From assembly GCA_963827165.1 (NCBI GenBank), contig CAWGZR010000010.1, positions 256,001 through 320,000 of the forward strand: a stretch of DNA of 64,000 bases, in the 5' to 3' direction. Position 1 is the stretch's first letter. Each line of letters opens with the position of its first letter. Both the position numbers and the translations under genes were made by a program. The notes beneath the pieces were generated by a model that did no database searches, was not told where the DNA came from, and worked only from the letters and a program-made list of their open reading frames with translations. Of this stretch, positions 8,745-18,203 are shown piece by piece. This stretch comes from Candidatus Bathyarchaeota archaeon. Lineage in GTDB: Archaea > Thermoproteota > Bathyarchaeia > Bathyarchaeales > Bathycorpusculaceae.

Positions 8745-11024
8745 CTAAAAGCGTGAAAAGCCGCCTACGACAGCCTGACCAAAAGAAATCCCTCCATCAC
8801 CTGCTGGAACAGCCTCATGAACCAGAAAACGAAATCCAGCAGCCTCAACCGTTTTACGCATGACCTTAGCGAGAATCTGGTTACACGCAGCGCCGCCTGA
8901 AAAACCAATGCTCTTAACACCTAAAGCCATGGCTTTTTCAACCGCCAGTGAGCCCAGACCTCTTCCAAGGTAAGCGTGTGCTGAGTAAGCTAAGTCGCCA
9001 GAGGAGAATTCGGCTTTGTTTTCAAAAATCAGCCGTAACAGGGAGGACGTTTCCAAGATCTCACCTTCAATGGCGGATTTCAACTTCAGGACATCTTTGC
9101 AACCGATTGCAGCGGATTCAAGTTTCATGGCAGGTTCACCCTCGTAGCTTCTCTCGTAACAGATCCCTAAAACGCCTGCAACCGCGTCCAAAACTCTGCC
9201 GCAACTTGTCGTTTCAATTCCAGAGTTTTTCCCGAGTTGTGTGAGGATAAGGTTGACTTCGGTTTCGCCGAAAGGCAAATGCGCACTGTTCTCTCGCAGC
9301 CAAGGCTCAACTTTGACGTGAGCTTTTGCCAGAATTCCAGCGGCAATCCTTAGCGGATAACGACTCGCGATGTCCCCGCCAAGCAGCGGCTGAGGCTCTA
9401 AATGCCCAAGACGCTTAAACTTTGACGATTCGCGCGTGCAAAACAGGATTTCTCCTCCCCATGCGCCTCCGTCTGAGCCGTAGCCGTACCCATCACAGAC
9501 AACGTTGACAGCTTCCTCCAAGTTGTGCTCAGCCATTAAGGCGGCAGCGTGCGCATGATGATGTTGAACCTGGACGAGCGGCGCTCCATCTGCCTCCGCC
9601 ATCTCTTTCGCGAGAGCGGTTGTGGTGAATTTTGGATGCAAATCGCAAACGACGGCTTCGGCGTGGCAGTTAGTGAGGGTGTAGAGGTGGTTTGCTGCTT
9701 GCTGCAGAAAGCTACGCGTTTCCACGTTTTCGACGTCGCCAATGTGTTGGCTGATGAAGGCTTTGTCGTCTTGAAGGACGCAGGCTGTGTTGTTGAGTTC
9801 ACCTCCTAAACCCACGACGCATCGTTTAGCCTTCGCTTTGAGCTTTATGGGTGCGGGAGCGTATCCGCGGCTTCGGCGGATGAACACTTGGCGATTGCCA
9901 TGGACGCGCATTACAGAGTCGTCGCATCTATGGGCGATTCTTCGGTTGTGAAACAAAAAATAATCGACCGTAGCACTCAACGTCTTGATTGCGTGGTCGT
10001 TATCGAAAACGATGGGTTGATTGGGCGGATTAGCGCTGGTCATCACAAAGGCGAGGTCATCCACCTTGTCGAAGAGCATGTAATGCAAGCCTGTGTAGGG
10101 CAGCATGACGCCGACGTTATGAAGGTTAGGCGCAGTCAGCGACGAAAGGTTGTATCCAACGCTTTTGTTCAGCAGCACAATAGGCCTCATCGGCGACTGC
10201 AACAACTCCTGCTCCTTCGAACCCACTTCGGCGAAGGATTTAGCTGCCTCCAAACTTTTGGTCATTACAGCAAATGGTTTCTCCCGCCTGAGCTTCGTTG
10301 CTCGAAGAGCCCGCAACGGCTTATCCAACATCACTGAACATGCAATGTGGAAACCGCCATACCCTTTTATCGCCAAAATATTGCCTTCCGAAAGAAGCCG
10401 CCCCGCCTCACGCACGGGGTCTTTGACTTCTACTGGTTCGCCGTCGCGTCCTGTCAAGTAGGCTTTGGGTCCGCAGGATGGGCAAGCAACAGTTTGCGCG
10501 TGAAATCGCCTGTTCTCTGGGTCCTCGTACTCGCTTTGGCAGAAACCGCACAAGGGGAACTCTCGCATGGTGGTATTTTCGCGGTCGTAGGGCAACCGCT
10601 CAATTATGGTAAAGCGCGGCCCGCAGTTGGTGCAAGTGATAAAGAAGTATTCGTAGCGGGGGTTTTTGGGGTCGCGCAGCTCGATGAGGCATTCGTTGCA
10701 GATTGCGATGTCAGGCGGGATGACCGAACCTAAAAGATTCGCCTCATTCGAACTCTTCCAAATGGTAAATTCGGTGAACTGGTTTTCGCCTGGAAGCTTG
10801 ATGGATTTGATGCTGTCAATCTGCGCTATCGGCGGCTTCTTCTCTGTTAAATCCCGCGTGAAATTTTTGATGTTTTGCCCGTCACCCTCCAAGAGGATTT
10901 CAACTCCCGCGTCTCCTCGATTGCGGACGTACCCTGCCAAACCGTTCTGTACTGCTATTCGGAAGACGAAGGGGCGGAAACCAACGCCTTGAACGATACC
11001 CGTGACGTTTAATTTAACTCTCAA
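8745..11024 (-). CDS. hypF: Carbamoyltransferase HypF
   Basis: GIVQGVGFRPF acylphosphatase domain, two CxxC-x18-CxxC fingers, HHHAH, PAGDGGISFGQ. Confidence 0.98.
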   Translation of the reverse strand: MRVKLNVTGIVQGVGFRPFVFRIAVQNGLAGYVRNRGDAGVEILLEGDGQNIKNFTRDLTEKKPPIAQIDSIKSIKLPGENQFTEFTIWKSSNEANLLGSVIPPDIAICNECLIELRDPKNPRYEYFFITCTNCGPRFTIIERLPYDRENTTMREFPLCGFCQSEYEDPENRRFHAQTVACPSCGPKAYLTGRDGEPVEVKDPVREAGRLLSEGNILAIKGYGGFHIACSVMLDKPLRALRATKLRREKPFAVMTKSLEAAKSFAEVGSKEQELLQSPMRPIVLLNKSVGYNLSSLTAPNLHNVGVMLPYTGLHYMLFDKVDDLAFVMTSANPPNQPIVFDNDHAIKTLSATVDYFLFHNRRIAHRCDDSVMRVHGNRQVFIRRSRGYAPAPIKLKAKAKRCVVGLGGELNNTACVLQDDKAFISQHIGDVENVETRSFLQQAANHLYTLTNCHAEAVVCDLHPKFTTTALAKEMAEADGAPLVQVQHHHAHAAALMAEHNLEEAVNVVCDGYGYGSDGGAWGGEILFCTRESSKFKRLGHLEPQPLLGGDIASRYPLRIAAGILAKAHVKVEPWLRENSAHLPFGETEVNLILTQLGKNSGIETTSCGRVLDAVAGVLGICYERSYEGEPAMKLESAAIGCKDVLKLKSAIEGEILETSSLLRLIFENKAEFSSGDLAYSAHAYLGRGLGSLAVEKAMALGVKSIGFSGGAACNQILAKVMRKTVEAAGFRFLVHEAVPAGDGGISFGQAVVGGFSRF

Positions 11025-11047
11025 AATTAAGCCATCTTCTAAAGTTG

Positions 11048-11152
11048 CTACTGGGTTTTGGCTCTGTTAACGGCGTCTTCCCTTGCAAGCTTTTCAGCCT
11101 CAATTCTCAGTCTTAATGTTCTGTCGCTTTCGTCGATTACTTCGTCATGCAT
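11048..11152 (-). CDS. Possible small protein (34 aa) upstream of hypF
   Basis: MHDEVIDESDRTLRLRIEAEKLAREDAVNRAKTQ*, preceded by GGGGAT; fills the gap before hypF. Confidence 0.4.
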   Translation of the reverse strand: MHDEVIDESDRTLRLRIEAEKLAREDAVNRAKTQ

Positions 11153-11203
11153 GATAATCCCCAATAATATTGTAAAACTTTGAATTAAGAATTACCTAAA
11201 AAT

Positions 11204-12844
11204 CTAAATTTGGCCTTTTCTTTCATTAAGCAGCAGCCGCTTTAAAACTTTGCCTGCTGAGCTAACCGGTAAATCCGTTCTGAACTCGACCTCTCGGATC
11301 GCTTTATAGGGTGCTACCTTATCGTTAACGAAGGCTTTGATTTCCTCAGCCGAAACAACTGCACCTCCATTAAGCACAACATAAGCCTTTGGGACTTCTC
11401 CAGCGAGAGGGTCAGGTTTGCCAACTACTGCGCACAGTTTGACCGCTGGGTACTTGCAGAGAATATCCTCAAGTTCCTTTGGGTAAACACTAAAACCACC
11501 GTATTTTATGAGGTCTTTTTTGCGATCAGTAATGTAAAAGTAACCATCTTTATCCATGTGTGCTATGTCCCCTGTGAGAAGCCACCCATCATGCAGAACC
11601 AAAGAGGTCTCCTCAAGGCTGTGCCAGTAACCCTTCATGACCTGTGGTCCCTTCACCGCAAGCTCGCCCGTCTCGCCTACACCAAGAGTTTTTGCGCCTG
11701 TGCCTAAATCCACTATTCGTGCATCTGTATCTGGTAGGGGCAAACCGATAGAACCGACTTTCACCATTTTCATGGTGCTGTCTATGGGATTGCAGTGGGT
11801 AACTGGTGATGCTTCTGTTAAACCGTAGCCTTCAGCTAAAAATCCTCCTGTGACTTGCATGAATCGTTTTTGGGTTTGCGGTGGCAACGGTGAAGCGCCC
11901 GAAATGCAAACACGAATCGATGTTAAGTCATATTTACCAAGCTCTGGGTTAGCTAAAAGTGCCTGGTACATGGTGGGAACACCGCAGAAAATTGTAATCC
12001 TGTTTTTTTGAAGGGCTTCCAAGGCTTTGGCCTGATCGAACTTTGGCATCAAAACCATTTTTGCCGCCAAACTGATGGGTACAGTCATACTGGTTGTCAT
12101 GCCGTAAATATGGAAAAGCGGCAGCGCAGTTAGGAAGGTTTCTTGAGCTGCCCTACCCCTTATCCAAGCGCCGAAAGCGAGTGCATTAGAGAGGAGGTTG
12201 GTATGTGTTAGCATGGCGCCTTTAGCTGTTCCAGTTGTGCCACCGGTGTATTGCAGGACGGCCAAGTCCTCGTTTGGGTTCAATTTTACGTTTGGAGCGT
12301 AAGCTGATTCTTTTTCTAATAAAGCTTGAAAAGCTAAAGTGTTTGGAACGTCAAGGGGACGCGTTTTTTTGTAGCAATACTCGTCTTGGCCTGTTACTAT
12401 TATGTTTTTTAGCTTGGTTTTTTGCTTAATTTTCGCTATGCTTGGATAAAGAGAATCCAGCACAATAATAGTTTGTGATCCTGAATCATTCAATTGGTAC
12501 TCAACTTCGCGCTGTCGATACATGGGGTTTATGGCTGTTACAACCGCGCCAGCTCCAAGCACACCAAAATAGGCCACCAGGAACTGAGGAACATTAGGCA
12601 AAAAAATTGCAACACGATCACCTTTTTTCACCCCTAACTTAACAAGAGATTGGGCAAACTGGTTTGAGAGCGTTTCCAAATTGCCATAAGTGATTTCTCG
12701 CTCGCCATAAATTATGGAGGTTTTTAGCGGAAAATCATTGGCGCTTTTGTGAAGGATTTCTTGGAGAGGAACCTGTGGAAGTTCGAGGTGCTTTGGCACT
12801 TGAGCAGGCCACGAATTAAACCAGGGGGTATTTTTTTGGGGCAA
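11204..12844 (-). CDS. Long-chain fatty acid-CoA ligase (FadD-like)
   Basis: YTGGTTGTAKG, EGYGLTEASP, GWLLTGD, GKVLKR adenylation motifs. Confidence 0.93.
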   Translation of the reverse strand: MPQKNTPWFNSWPAQVPKHLELPQVPLQEILHKSANDFPLKTSIIYGEREITYGNLETLSNQFAQSLVKLGVKKGDRVAIFLPNVPQFLVAYFGVLGAGAVVTAINPMYRQREVEYQLNDSGSQTIIVLDSLYPSIAKIKQKTKLKNIIVTGQDEYCYKKTRPLDVPNTLAFQALLEKESAYAPNVKLNPNEDLAVLQYTGGTTGTAKGAMLTHTNLLSNALAFGAWIRGRAAQETFLTALPLFHIYGMTTSMTVPISLAAKMVLMPKFDQAKALEALQKNRITIFCGVPTMYQALLANPELGKYDLTSIRVCISGASPLPPQTQKRFMQVTGGFLAEGYGLTEASPVTHCNPIDSTMKMVKVGSIGLPLPDTDARIVDLGTGAKTLGVGETGELAVKGPQVMKGYWHSLEETSLVLHDGWLLTGDIAHMDKDGYFYITDRKKDLIKYGGFSVYPKELEDILCKYPAVKLCAVVGKPDPLAGEVPKAYVVLNGGAVVSAEEIKAFVNDKVAPYKAIREVEFRTDLPVSSAGKVLKRLLLNERKGQI

Positions 12845-12883
12845 GACACGTCGCGTTACATTATGAGCTATTAGGTTAAAACC

Positions 12884-13252
12884 TTACTCTAACTGGGGTC
12901 TCTTATTCTTAGAATAGTCGGTTATGCCAAGTCTGTTGCCGTAGGGATCTTCGAATTCAACCGCCAAGCCCGTGTGAATCTCGAAAGGTTCGGAGAGAAA
13001 CTTTAAGCCTTTGGCGCCGAGCCGCTTATACTCTTCTTGCACGTTGTCAACCACGAACCAGATCGTTGGCTTTGCGGCTGAGAACTTGCAGGTGTCTTTG
13101 AGAATGATTGCAGGTTCGTTCTCGCCGACTTTGAATGCGACCATTCCCATGTCTGAAAAATCAAATTTGAGGCGTAACCCCAAAACGCCTTGGTAGAACG
13201 CCTTACCTTTCTCCAAGTCGCCGCTTGGCAAGAAAAAGTTATCATAATCCAT
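12884..13252 (-). CDS. VOC/glyoxalase family protein
   Basis: FYQGVLGL...FVVDNVQEEY...FEDPYGNRLG. Confidence 0.88.
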   Translation of the reverse strand: MDYDNFFLPSGDLEKGKAFYQGVLGLRLKFDFSDMGMVAFKVGENEPAIILKDTCKFSAAKPTIWFVVDNVQEEYKRLGAKGLKFLSEPFEIHTGLAVEFEDPYGNRLGITDYSKNKRPQLE

Positions 13253-13324
13253 CCGTTTGTCACTTCGAATTCAGTGTGTCGCATGAACCTAATAACACTT
13301 CACAAAAGGCAGTATCTTGGCGTT

Positions 13325-14005
13325 TCAAATGCGGGAGGGCTCGGTTTTTTTATAGAAAAGCAGCGCGGGCAATGAGGCAACAATTACGAAGGCAGAGTTG
13401 AAGATGTATGCGCTTGATTGGATGGCTGAATTGCTATTCTGGATCATTGGAATCACGATAGGTGATGAGGGGAACCATCCTGGCGCAAAGAATTGTGGGT
13501 ATCCGATGTAAACCCAGAGCAGGTAGATTATGCCGCTTGCGATGGTGGTTAAGACGAAGTACCTGTTGAGTGTCATGTATTTGTAGGATATGAAGGGCAG
13601 GCTTATCATCATAAGTGTCCAGTAGAGAGGGTAAGTTGTTGCTGAAGTATTGAAGTTGAAGTTCAAAGTGAACAAGGTTTGTGCAACTGCTGTGGGTGTC
13701 CTAGCTTGTGCATAGCCGAAATGGTACAGTCCTTGTTGCAGCCAGATTCCAGCGGCAACACACGCCACCGCCACAAGGTACCTCTCATAGCCAACGCCTT
13801 GGCGCCTTAGAAAAAACTCCGCGAGGACGAACGCAAACCCATAAATTACAACCGAACTTGTGAGTACAGCCGCTGATGAGGTGCTCTCCCCTGCGAAAAC
13901 AAATCCTCTTCCCCGCCAAACCAGCAAAGCCGCAATCACACATAGGCAGATTACCTCAAACCAGTTCCGCTTAAACCAGCCAACGGCATTTTCAAAAGCC
14001 AGCAA
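13325..14005 (-). CDS. Hypothetical multi-pass membrane protein
   Basis: 226-aa ORF with about six hydrophobic segments. Confidence 0.7.
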   Translation of the reverse strand: MLAFENAVGWFKRNWFEVICLCVIAALLVWRGRGFVFAGESTSSAAVLTSSVVIYGFAFVLAEFFLRRQGVGYERYLVAVACVAAGIWLQQGLYHFGYAQARTPTAVAQTLFTLNFNFNTSATTYPLYWTLMMISLPFISYKYMTLNRYFVLTTIASGIIYLLWVYIGYPQFFAPGWFPSSPIVIPMIQNSNSAIQSSAYIFNSAFVIVASLPALLFYKKTEPSRI

Positions 14006-14199
14006 AACGACTCCTCAGAAGAACCTTCCCATTTATCGCTACAATGTTAGTTTGGGTACGGTTGGTTTAAAATTTTTGGTTTCTTGAAATCCTACATGGA
14101 AAAATATTCATTAAAAGAAGGCAAAAAAGCTCCGGACAAGTAAAACCCTTTTGAAGTTGTCAAGGTTTAATTAATTAGAAAATTGTGTTGTTAACTGGC

Positions 14200-14379
14200 T
14201 TATTTTTGCTTTTTCGTTTCTTGATCAATGAGCTGTGATAGACGGTAGGTGACGTAAGCTGAAAAGCTTCGGATGCCTTTCTTGATGATGTATTCTTCTT
14301 TGACTTTAAGCCACTCGCTAAAAAAGTAATCATAGACTTCCGCCTTTACAGTGATGCTTTTGTAGCCTTTTTTCGGCGT
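14200..14379 (-). CDS. Small ribbon-helix-helix-like DNA-binding protein with non-canonical start (ACG or ATA)
   Basis: (T)PKKGYKSITVKAEVYDYFFSEWLKVKEEYIIKKGIRSFSAYVTYRLSQLIDQETKKQK*; GAGGGA upstream; missed by the ORF track. Confidence 0.65.
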   Translation of the reverse strand, partial: TPKKGYKSITVKAEVYDYFFSEWLKVKEEYIIKKGIRSFSAYVTYRLSQLIDQETKKQK

Positions 14380-14548
14380 TATGGTTCCCTCTTAAGTTAG
14401 TTAGCGAACGTACATTTATTTAAGGTTTCACGATATTTGGTTCTATCTAATGGCTGTATATCACGAGATTAGATGTTCAGTCAGAGGGTAACACCGTTAA
14501 TTATATATTCCACGTACGGTAAAGTACGAAAAGGAGTTCTGGTAGTTT

Positions 14549-14695
14549 TTGCCACGAAAAGGGTACAAATGCTTAACCGTTTCAGACAAAGTTCACGAAG
14601 ACATTAAAAACAGAGCCAAAGAAAGCAAACGCAATATGCGAGAATACGTTGAATACTTGCTTGCTAAAGAGAAAGTTGCAAAGGATGGAAAATAA
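14549..14695 (+). CDS. Small ribbon-helix-helix-like protein
   Basis: TTG start, MPRKGYKCLTVSDKVHEDIKNRAKESKRNMREYVEYLLAKEKVAKDGK*; AAGGAG upstream. Confidence 0.7.
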   Translation: MPRKGYKCLTVSDKVHEDIKNRAKESKRNMREYVEYLLAKEKVAKDGK

Positions 14696-14697
14696 AT

Positions 14698-14871
14698 CTG
14701 ACCATCAAGGTTCTTCAATTCAACGATCGCGTCGCAGAAGTACAATTTATCTGCGATCGCTGTGGCAAACTGGTAACATCCAGAGTAATAAAGCGGGAAG
14801 AAGCTGAAGCGGAAAGAAACACAAAGACCATGTGCTACCAATGCAGTCTTACCCAACACAAAAAGAAATAG
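14698..14871 (+). CDS. Small zinc-finger protein (CxxC...CxxC), CTG start inferred
   Basis: TIKVLQFNDRVAEVQFICDRCGKLVTSRVIKREEAEAERNTKTMCYQCSLTQHKKK*, starting 2 nt after the RHH stop. Confidence 0.55.
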   Translation: MTIKVLQFNDRVAEVQFICDRCGKLVTSRVIKREEAEAERNTKTMCYQCSLTQHKKK

Positions 14872-15074
14872 ACGCCGATTTTTAAGACAAAAGAAGCCAT
14901 CCGCCACTAAAAACCATGTGCGCAGATTAGTCGAAAATCTTGGACTTACCAATTTTCTTCTTAGTCCAGAAACCTATACAAGAATCCTTAAAACATCAGT
15001 GCTTCCAAATGCAATCAGCTTCAACAGTTTTGACGCTCACCAAAGTCCGAATTATTAGACTTTTTTTCAACGGT

Positions 15075-15212
15075 TGGTGCCGGGGGCGCGATTCGAGCAC
15101 GCGACTTCTGGCAAAGAGCGCTTAGCCCCTTTTGACTCCAGATTTCTCATATGGGTACTGCGTGTATCCAAATTATGAGTCTGGCGCCCTGGCCAGGCTA
15201 GGCTACCCCGGC
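15075..15212 (-). tRNA. tRNA-Met(CAT), elongator type, with two introns (37/38 at 15144-15173 and 45/46 at 15106-15135) and encoded CCA
   Basis: Acceptor stem GCCGGGG/CCCCGGC, anticodon arm CCAGA-CTCATAA-TCTGG; both 30-nt inserts have BHB-type junctions; mature length 78 nt. Confidence 0.92.
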
Positions 15213-15414
15213 ACACAATTCGCCGCCGTTTCCGTTGGCTGAATCCATTTAGTTTATTTTCCATCATTTAAACTTTTAAGCCCAGCAATAGCCAATTGCT
15301 TTGAGTCGACAAGGCACCGCGAAAAACCGATGGGGGCACCACGGTCATTTTTGCGGGTTTATTTGCATAAAACTTATTGGAGCGGAAAACGATGGGCTTA
15401 GCGTGGAGATGTGT

Positions 15415-16011
15415 ATGTCTTCGGAAAGTGACGATGAAAATCCTGAGTGGATCAAGCGCAAACGGGCGAAGGATCCTTTCTTTGGGGATATTGATGACAT
15501 GTTCCGTGAAATGGAAAAAATGATGGATGAGAAATTGAAGAACTTCACGGATAACGTGCCGAAGGAATATGTGAAGGAACGCAAGTTGCCTGACGGAAGC
15601 ACGGTCAAGGATTTCGGACCGTTCGTTTATGGTTACAGCATGAAGATAGGTCCCAACGGGAAGCCTGAAATCCAAGAGTTTGGGAACATCAAGAAAGGGC
15701 TCAAAGGGGCGCCGCAGGTTAAAGAGGAACGCGAACCCCTCGTTGATATCGTTGACGCAGACGGCGAAATCCACGTAGTTGTCGAGTTGCCGGGCGTGGA
15801 GAAAACCGACATTAAACTGCACGGCACTGAAGAGTCATTGACGATTTCCGTAGATACGCCACAATACAAGTATTACAAGGATGTTGAGTTGCCAGCAAAA
15901 GTGCGGGTTAAAGAGGCAAGGTCAACATACAAAAACGGAGTCTTAGAAGTCGTTGTGCCTAAGGCTGAAACAGAAGGCAAGCCGAAGGGAGAGCCCATCG
16001 GCATCGGCTAA
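15415..16011 (+). CDS. hsp20: Archaeal small heat shock protein Hsp20
   Basis: FGPFVYGYSMKIGPNGKP...EPLVDI...ELPGVEK...YKNGVLEV, C-terminal IGI. Confidence 0.93.
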   Translation: MSSESDDENPEWIKRKRAKDPFFGDIDDMFREMEKMMDEKLKNFTDNVPKEYVKERKLPDGSTVKDFGPFVYGYSMKIGPNGKPEIQEFGNIKKGLKGAPQVKEEREPLVDIVDADGEIHVVVELPGVEKTDIKLHGTEESLTISVDTPQYKYYKDVELPAKVRVKEARSTYKNGVLEVVVPKAETEGKPKGEPIGIG

Positions 16012-16048
16012 AAACCAAAATTAGATCCGATTAATCTTTCAGTGTTGC

Positions 16049-16468
16049 ATGCAAATAATGGGTGAAAACCAAGAATTAGACTCGTTAAACACTATCTGCC
16101 GTGAAGCAAAGGTAGCCGGCAAACTGTCAGGTACTGACTTGACTGAGCTCTATGAGCTTTTCGGGTCACGATTCACAAAAGCTCTTGACGCCTTAAAAGA
16201 GGGCAGAGTCAAAAAATACACGTTTAAGCCCAGTTGCAGGGTTGTTTGGATAGTTGTGGGCAGAGAACGAGACTACCTTATCATGCCTGAAGCTGAATTC
16301 TGCACTTGTGACGACTTTTACTTTCGAGTGCTTGACAAAAAAGTCCATATGTGCTATCACCTTCTAACTCAAAAGATCGCGCAGAACCTATGTTGGTTCG
16401 AAACAATCGATGCAGAGGACGACACCTACGAAATGCTGATGAACGAGTGGAAAAAAGCGACACCTTAA
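16049..16468 (+). CDS. SWIM zinc-finger protein
   Basis: FCTCDDF...CYHLL (CxC...CxH). Confidence 0.8.
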   Translation: MQIMGENQELDSLNTICREAKVAGKLSGTDLTELYELFGSRFTKALDALKEGRVKKYTFKPSCRVVWIVVGRERDYLIMPEAEFCTCDDFYFRVLDKKVHMCYHLLTQKIAQNLCWFETIDAEDDTYEMLMNEWKKATP

Positions 16469-16512
16469 ATATTTAGATGCTACAAGAATATGCAATTGCA
16501 GGGAGAATCCAT

Positions 16513-16635
16513 ATGAATTTAGGCGCATACTTCGTAACCTTAGAGTACGTCGCGATGAGTGGAATTTTCATAGCGTTAGTCCTAATATTCCTCTACGCAT
16601 ACTACGGCAAAGATGAGGAAGAAGAAATAGATTAA
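16513..16635 (+). CDS. Small single-pass membrane protein (40 aa)
   Basis: MNLGAYFVTLEYVAMSGIFIALVLIFLYAYYGKDEEEEID*; GGGAGA upstream. Confidence 0.55.
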   Translation: MNLGAYFVTLEYVAMSGIFIALVLIFLYAYYGKDEEEEID

Positions 16636-16661
16636 AACTTCCCTGCACACTTTAGCCGAAA

Positions 16662-16946
16662 TTAACCTCGTCTTTTATTCATCACTAAAAACAAAACTAC
16701 GCTTAACGCCGCAAGAATTATCCCGATTATTATCAACAGCCCCGCGTTTGGACCAGAACCAAAAACAATCGGGAACGGACCGATAAAAACAACTACCCCA
16801 ACACTAGATGAACTGCTGAAAACCAAGGAAACAACAAACAAAACCACGACGCCGACAAAAACCAATGCGATGCCCAATATGAGGAGCCAAAGGAGCCTGC
16901 TTGAAACAACGATGCCGCCGTCTTCAGATTCATGTTCATCCGCCAA
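16662..16946 (-). CDS. DUF131/TIGR00304-type membrane protein
   Basis: GVVVFIGPFPIVFGS motif between TM helices. Confidence 0.8.
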   Translation of the reverse strand: MADEHESEDGGIVVSSRLLWLLILGIALVFVGVVVLFVVSLVFSSSSSVGVVVFIGPFPIVFGSGPNAGLLIIIGIILAALSVVLFLVMNKRRG

Positions 16947-16953
16947 ACCATTT

Positions 16954-17220
16954 TCACCTCAACAAAAAGTAAAACACAACCATCGCGACAATCACGGCGA
17001 TAACAAGTGCTAAAGCCAGCACCAAAATCGTTTTGACGGATTTTTTGTCTGTTCCGAAGATTATCGGTATAGGCCCTATCATGATTACACCAGCGGCTTT
17101 CACTTTACCCTGGTTTTTGTCTCCGCCGCGGGTCGAAGCAGCGATGATTACGGCTAAGATAACTACGATTCCGATAAGGATTAAAGCGACGCCGACCGCG
17201 TAGAAAACCGCTAGATTCAA
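16954..17220 (-). CDS. DUF131/TIGR00304-type membrane protein (tandem paralog)
   Basis: GVIMIGPIPIIFGTD motif. Confidence 0.85.
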   Translation of the reverse strand: MNLAVFYAVGVALILIGIVVILAVIIAASTRGGDKNQGKVKAAGVIMIGPIPIIFGTDKKSVKTILVLALALVIAVIVAMVVFYFLLR

Positions 17221-17650
17221 CCTTTTTCCTCCAGCAGCCTCACGTTAGTTGAGTCAGCGTTTTTAATAAACATGGACAACCGAATCCCATGAACCCAAGA
17301 AACCGCAAACTAAAAACTGTTAATCCACCTCGAAAAAAACGAACCGAAATAACCATGCCTGAGCAAGCTGCGAATTTGAAAGATCTCATCAAATCAGGTA
17401 TCAATGGGTGCTTACCTGATTTTTCAGCGGCACCCTGTATTTTGTTTTGTAAAGCGCACATTGCTTTAATTCCCGATGTACCATCGACCTCGGCTGGAAG
17501 AGGACCTATTCTTTGCAGCAGGAAAAGCTCAACAAAATAACGACTACAGGCTGGGTGTGGTGGGCTTCTGGTTTCTTTGCTCTTCTCCGAAATAGTTAAA
17601 TGGGGAGAGTTCAAGTATAGAAGAGATAACGGAATCATGAGGATTACACC

Positions 17651-17878
17651 ATGAGCGAAATGACCACCGAAATCCTTGAACAGAACCTCGGCAAAGTTGT
17701 ATTGGTACGGCTTAAAGGCGGAAAAAGCCTACGGGGAAGACTGAAGGGTTTCGACCAGCACTTAAACCTTGTTTTAGAAGAAACAGAAGACACAACAGTA
17801 GTTGAAAACCAAAAGAAACTGGGACTAATCATCGTCCGAGGAGACAACGTAGTCCTAATATCGCCGCCGCCCAGGTGA
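17651..17878 (+). CDS. Sm-like archaeal protein (SmAP1/Lsm)
   Basis: GRLKGFDQHLNLVL...IIVRGDNVVLISP; directly upstream of rpl37e. Confidence 0.96.
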   Translation: MSEMTTEILEQNLGKVVLVRLKGGKSLRGRLKGFDQHLNLVLEETEDTTVVENQKKLGLIIVRGDNVVLISPPPR

Positions 17879-17883
17879 CCTAA

Positions 17884-18072
17884 ATGGGAAAAGGCACTCC
17901 ATCAATGGGCAAGCGCCAAGGCAAAACTGTCCATATAAAATGCCGACGCTGCGGAAGACGAGCATACCACGTACGCCACAAACGATGCGCGGCATGCGGT
18001 TTTGGCGAAACCACAAAAATGAGACACTACACTTGGATGCGCAAGACTCTTCAAAGAGTAAGAGTCGTTTAA
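17884..18072 (+). CDS. rpl37e: 50S ribosomal protein eL37
   Basis: [11 protein letters not shown]...[13 protein letters not shown]...CAACGFG. Confidence 0.98.
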   Translation: MGKGTPSMGKRQGKTVHIKCRRCGRRAYHVRHKRCAACGFGETTKMRHYTWMRKTLQRVRVV

Positions 18073-18203
18073 ACCGTCGACAAGAAACAGTTTTTTATTT
18101 TCAAAACAACATATTTTTAGAGACAAAATTACTGTAGCGGAAGCTTCAGTTTTTGAAAAAAACAAATAGGCTGTAAGAAAAATAAAATGATAAGGGCGCC
18201 TGC

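Noticed and set aside
15317-15357. Inverted repeat upstream of hsp20 as an RNA thermometer
   Set aside because: Appears to lie upstream of the likely promoter, and there is no other support
17240-17638. Overlapping ORFs between the DUF131 genes and lsm
   Set aside because: Neither strand gives a recognisable protein
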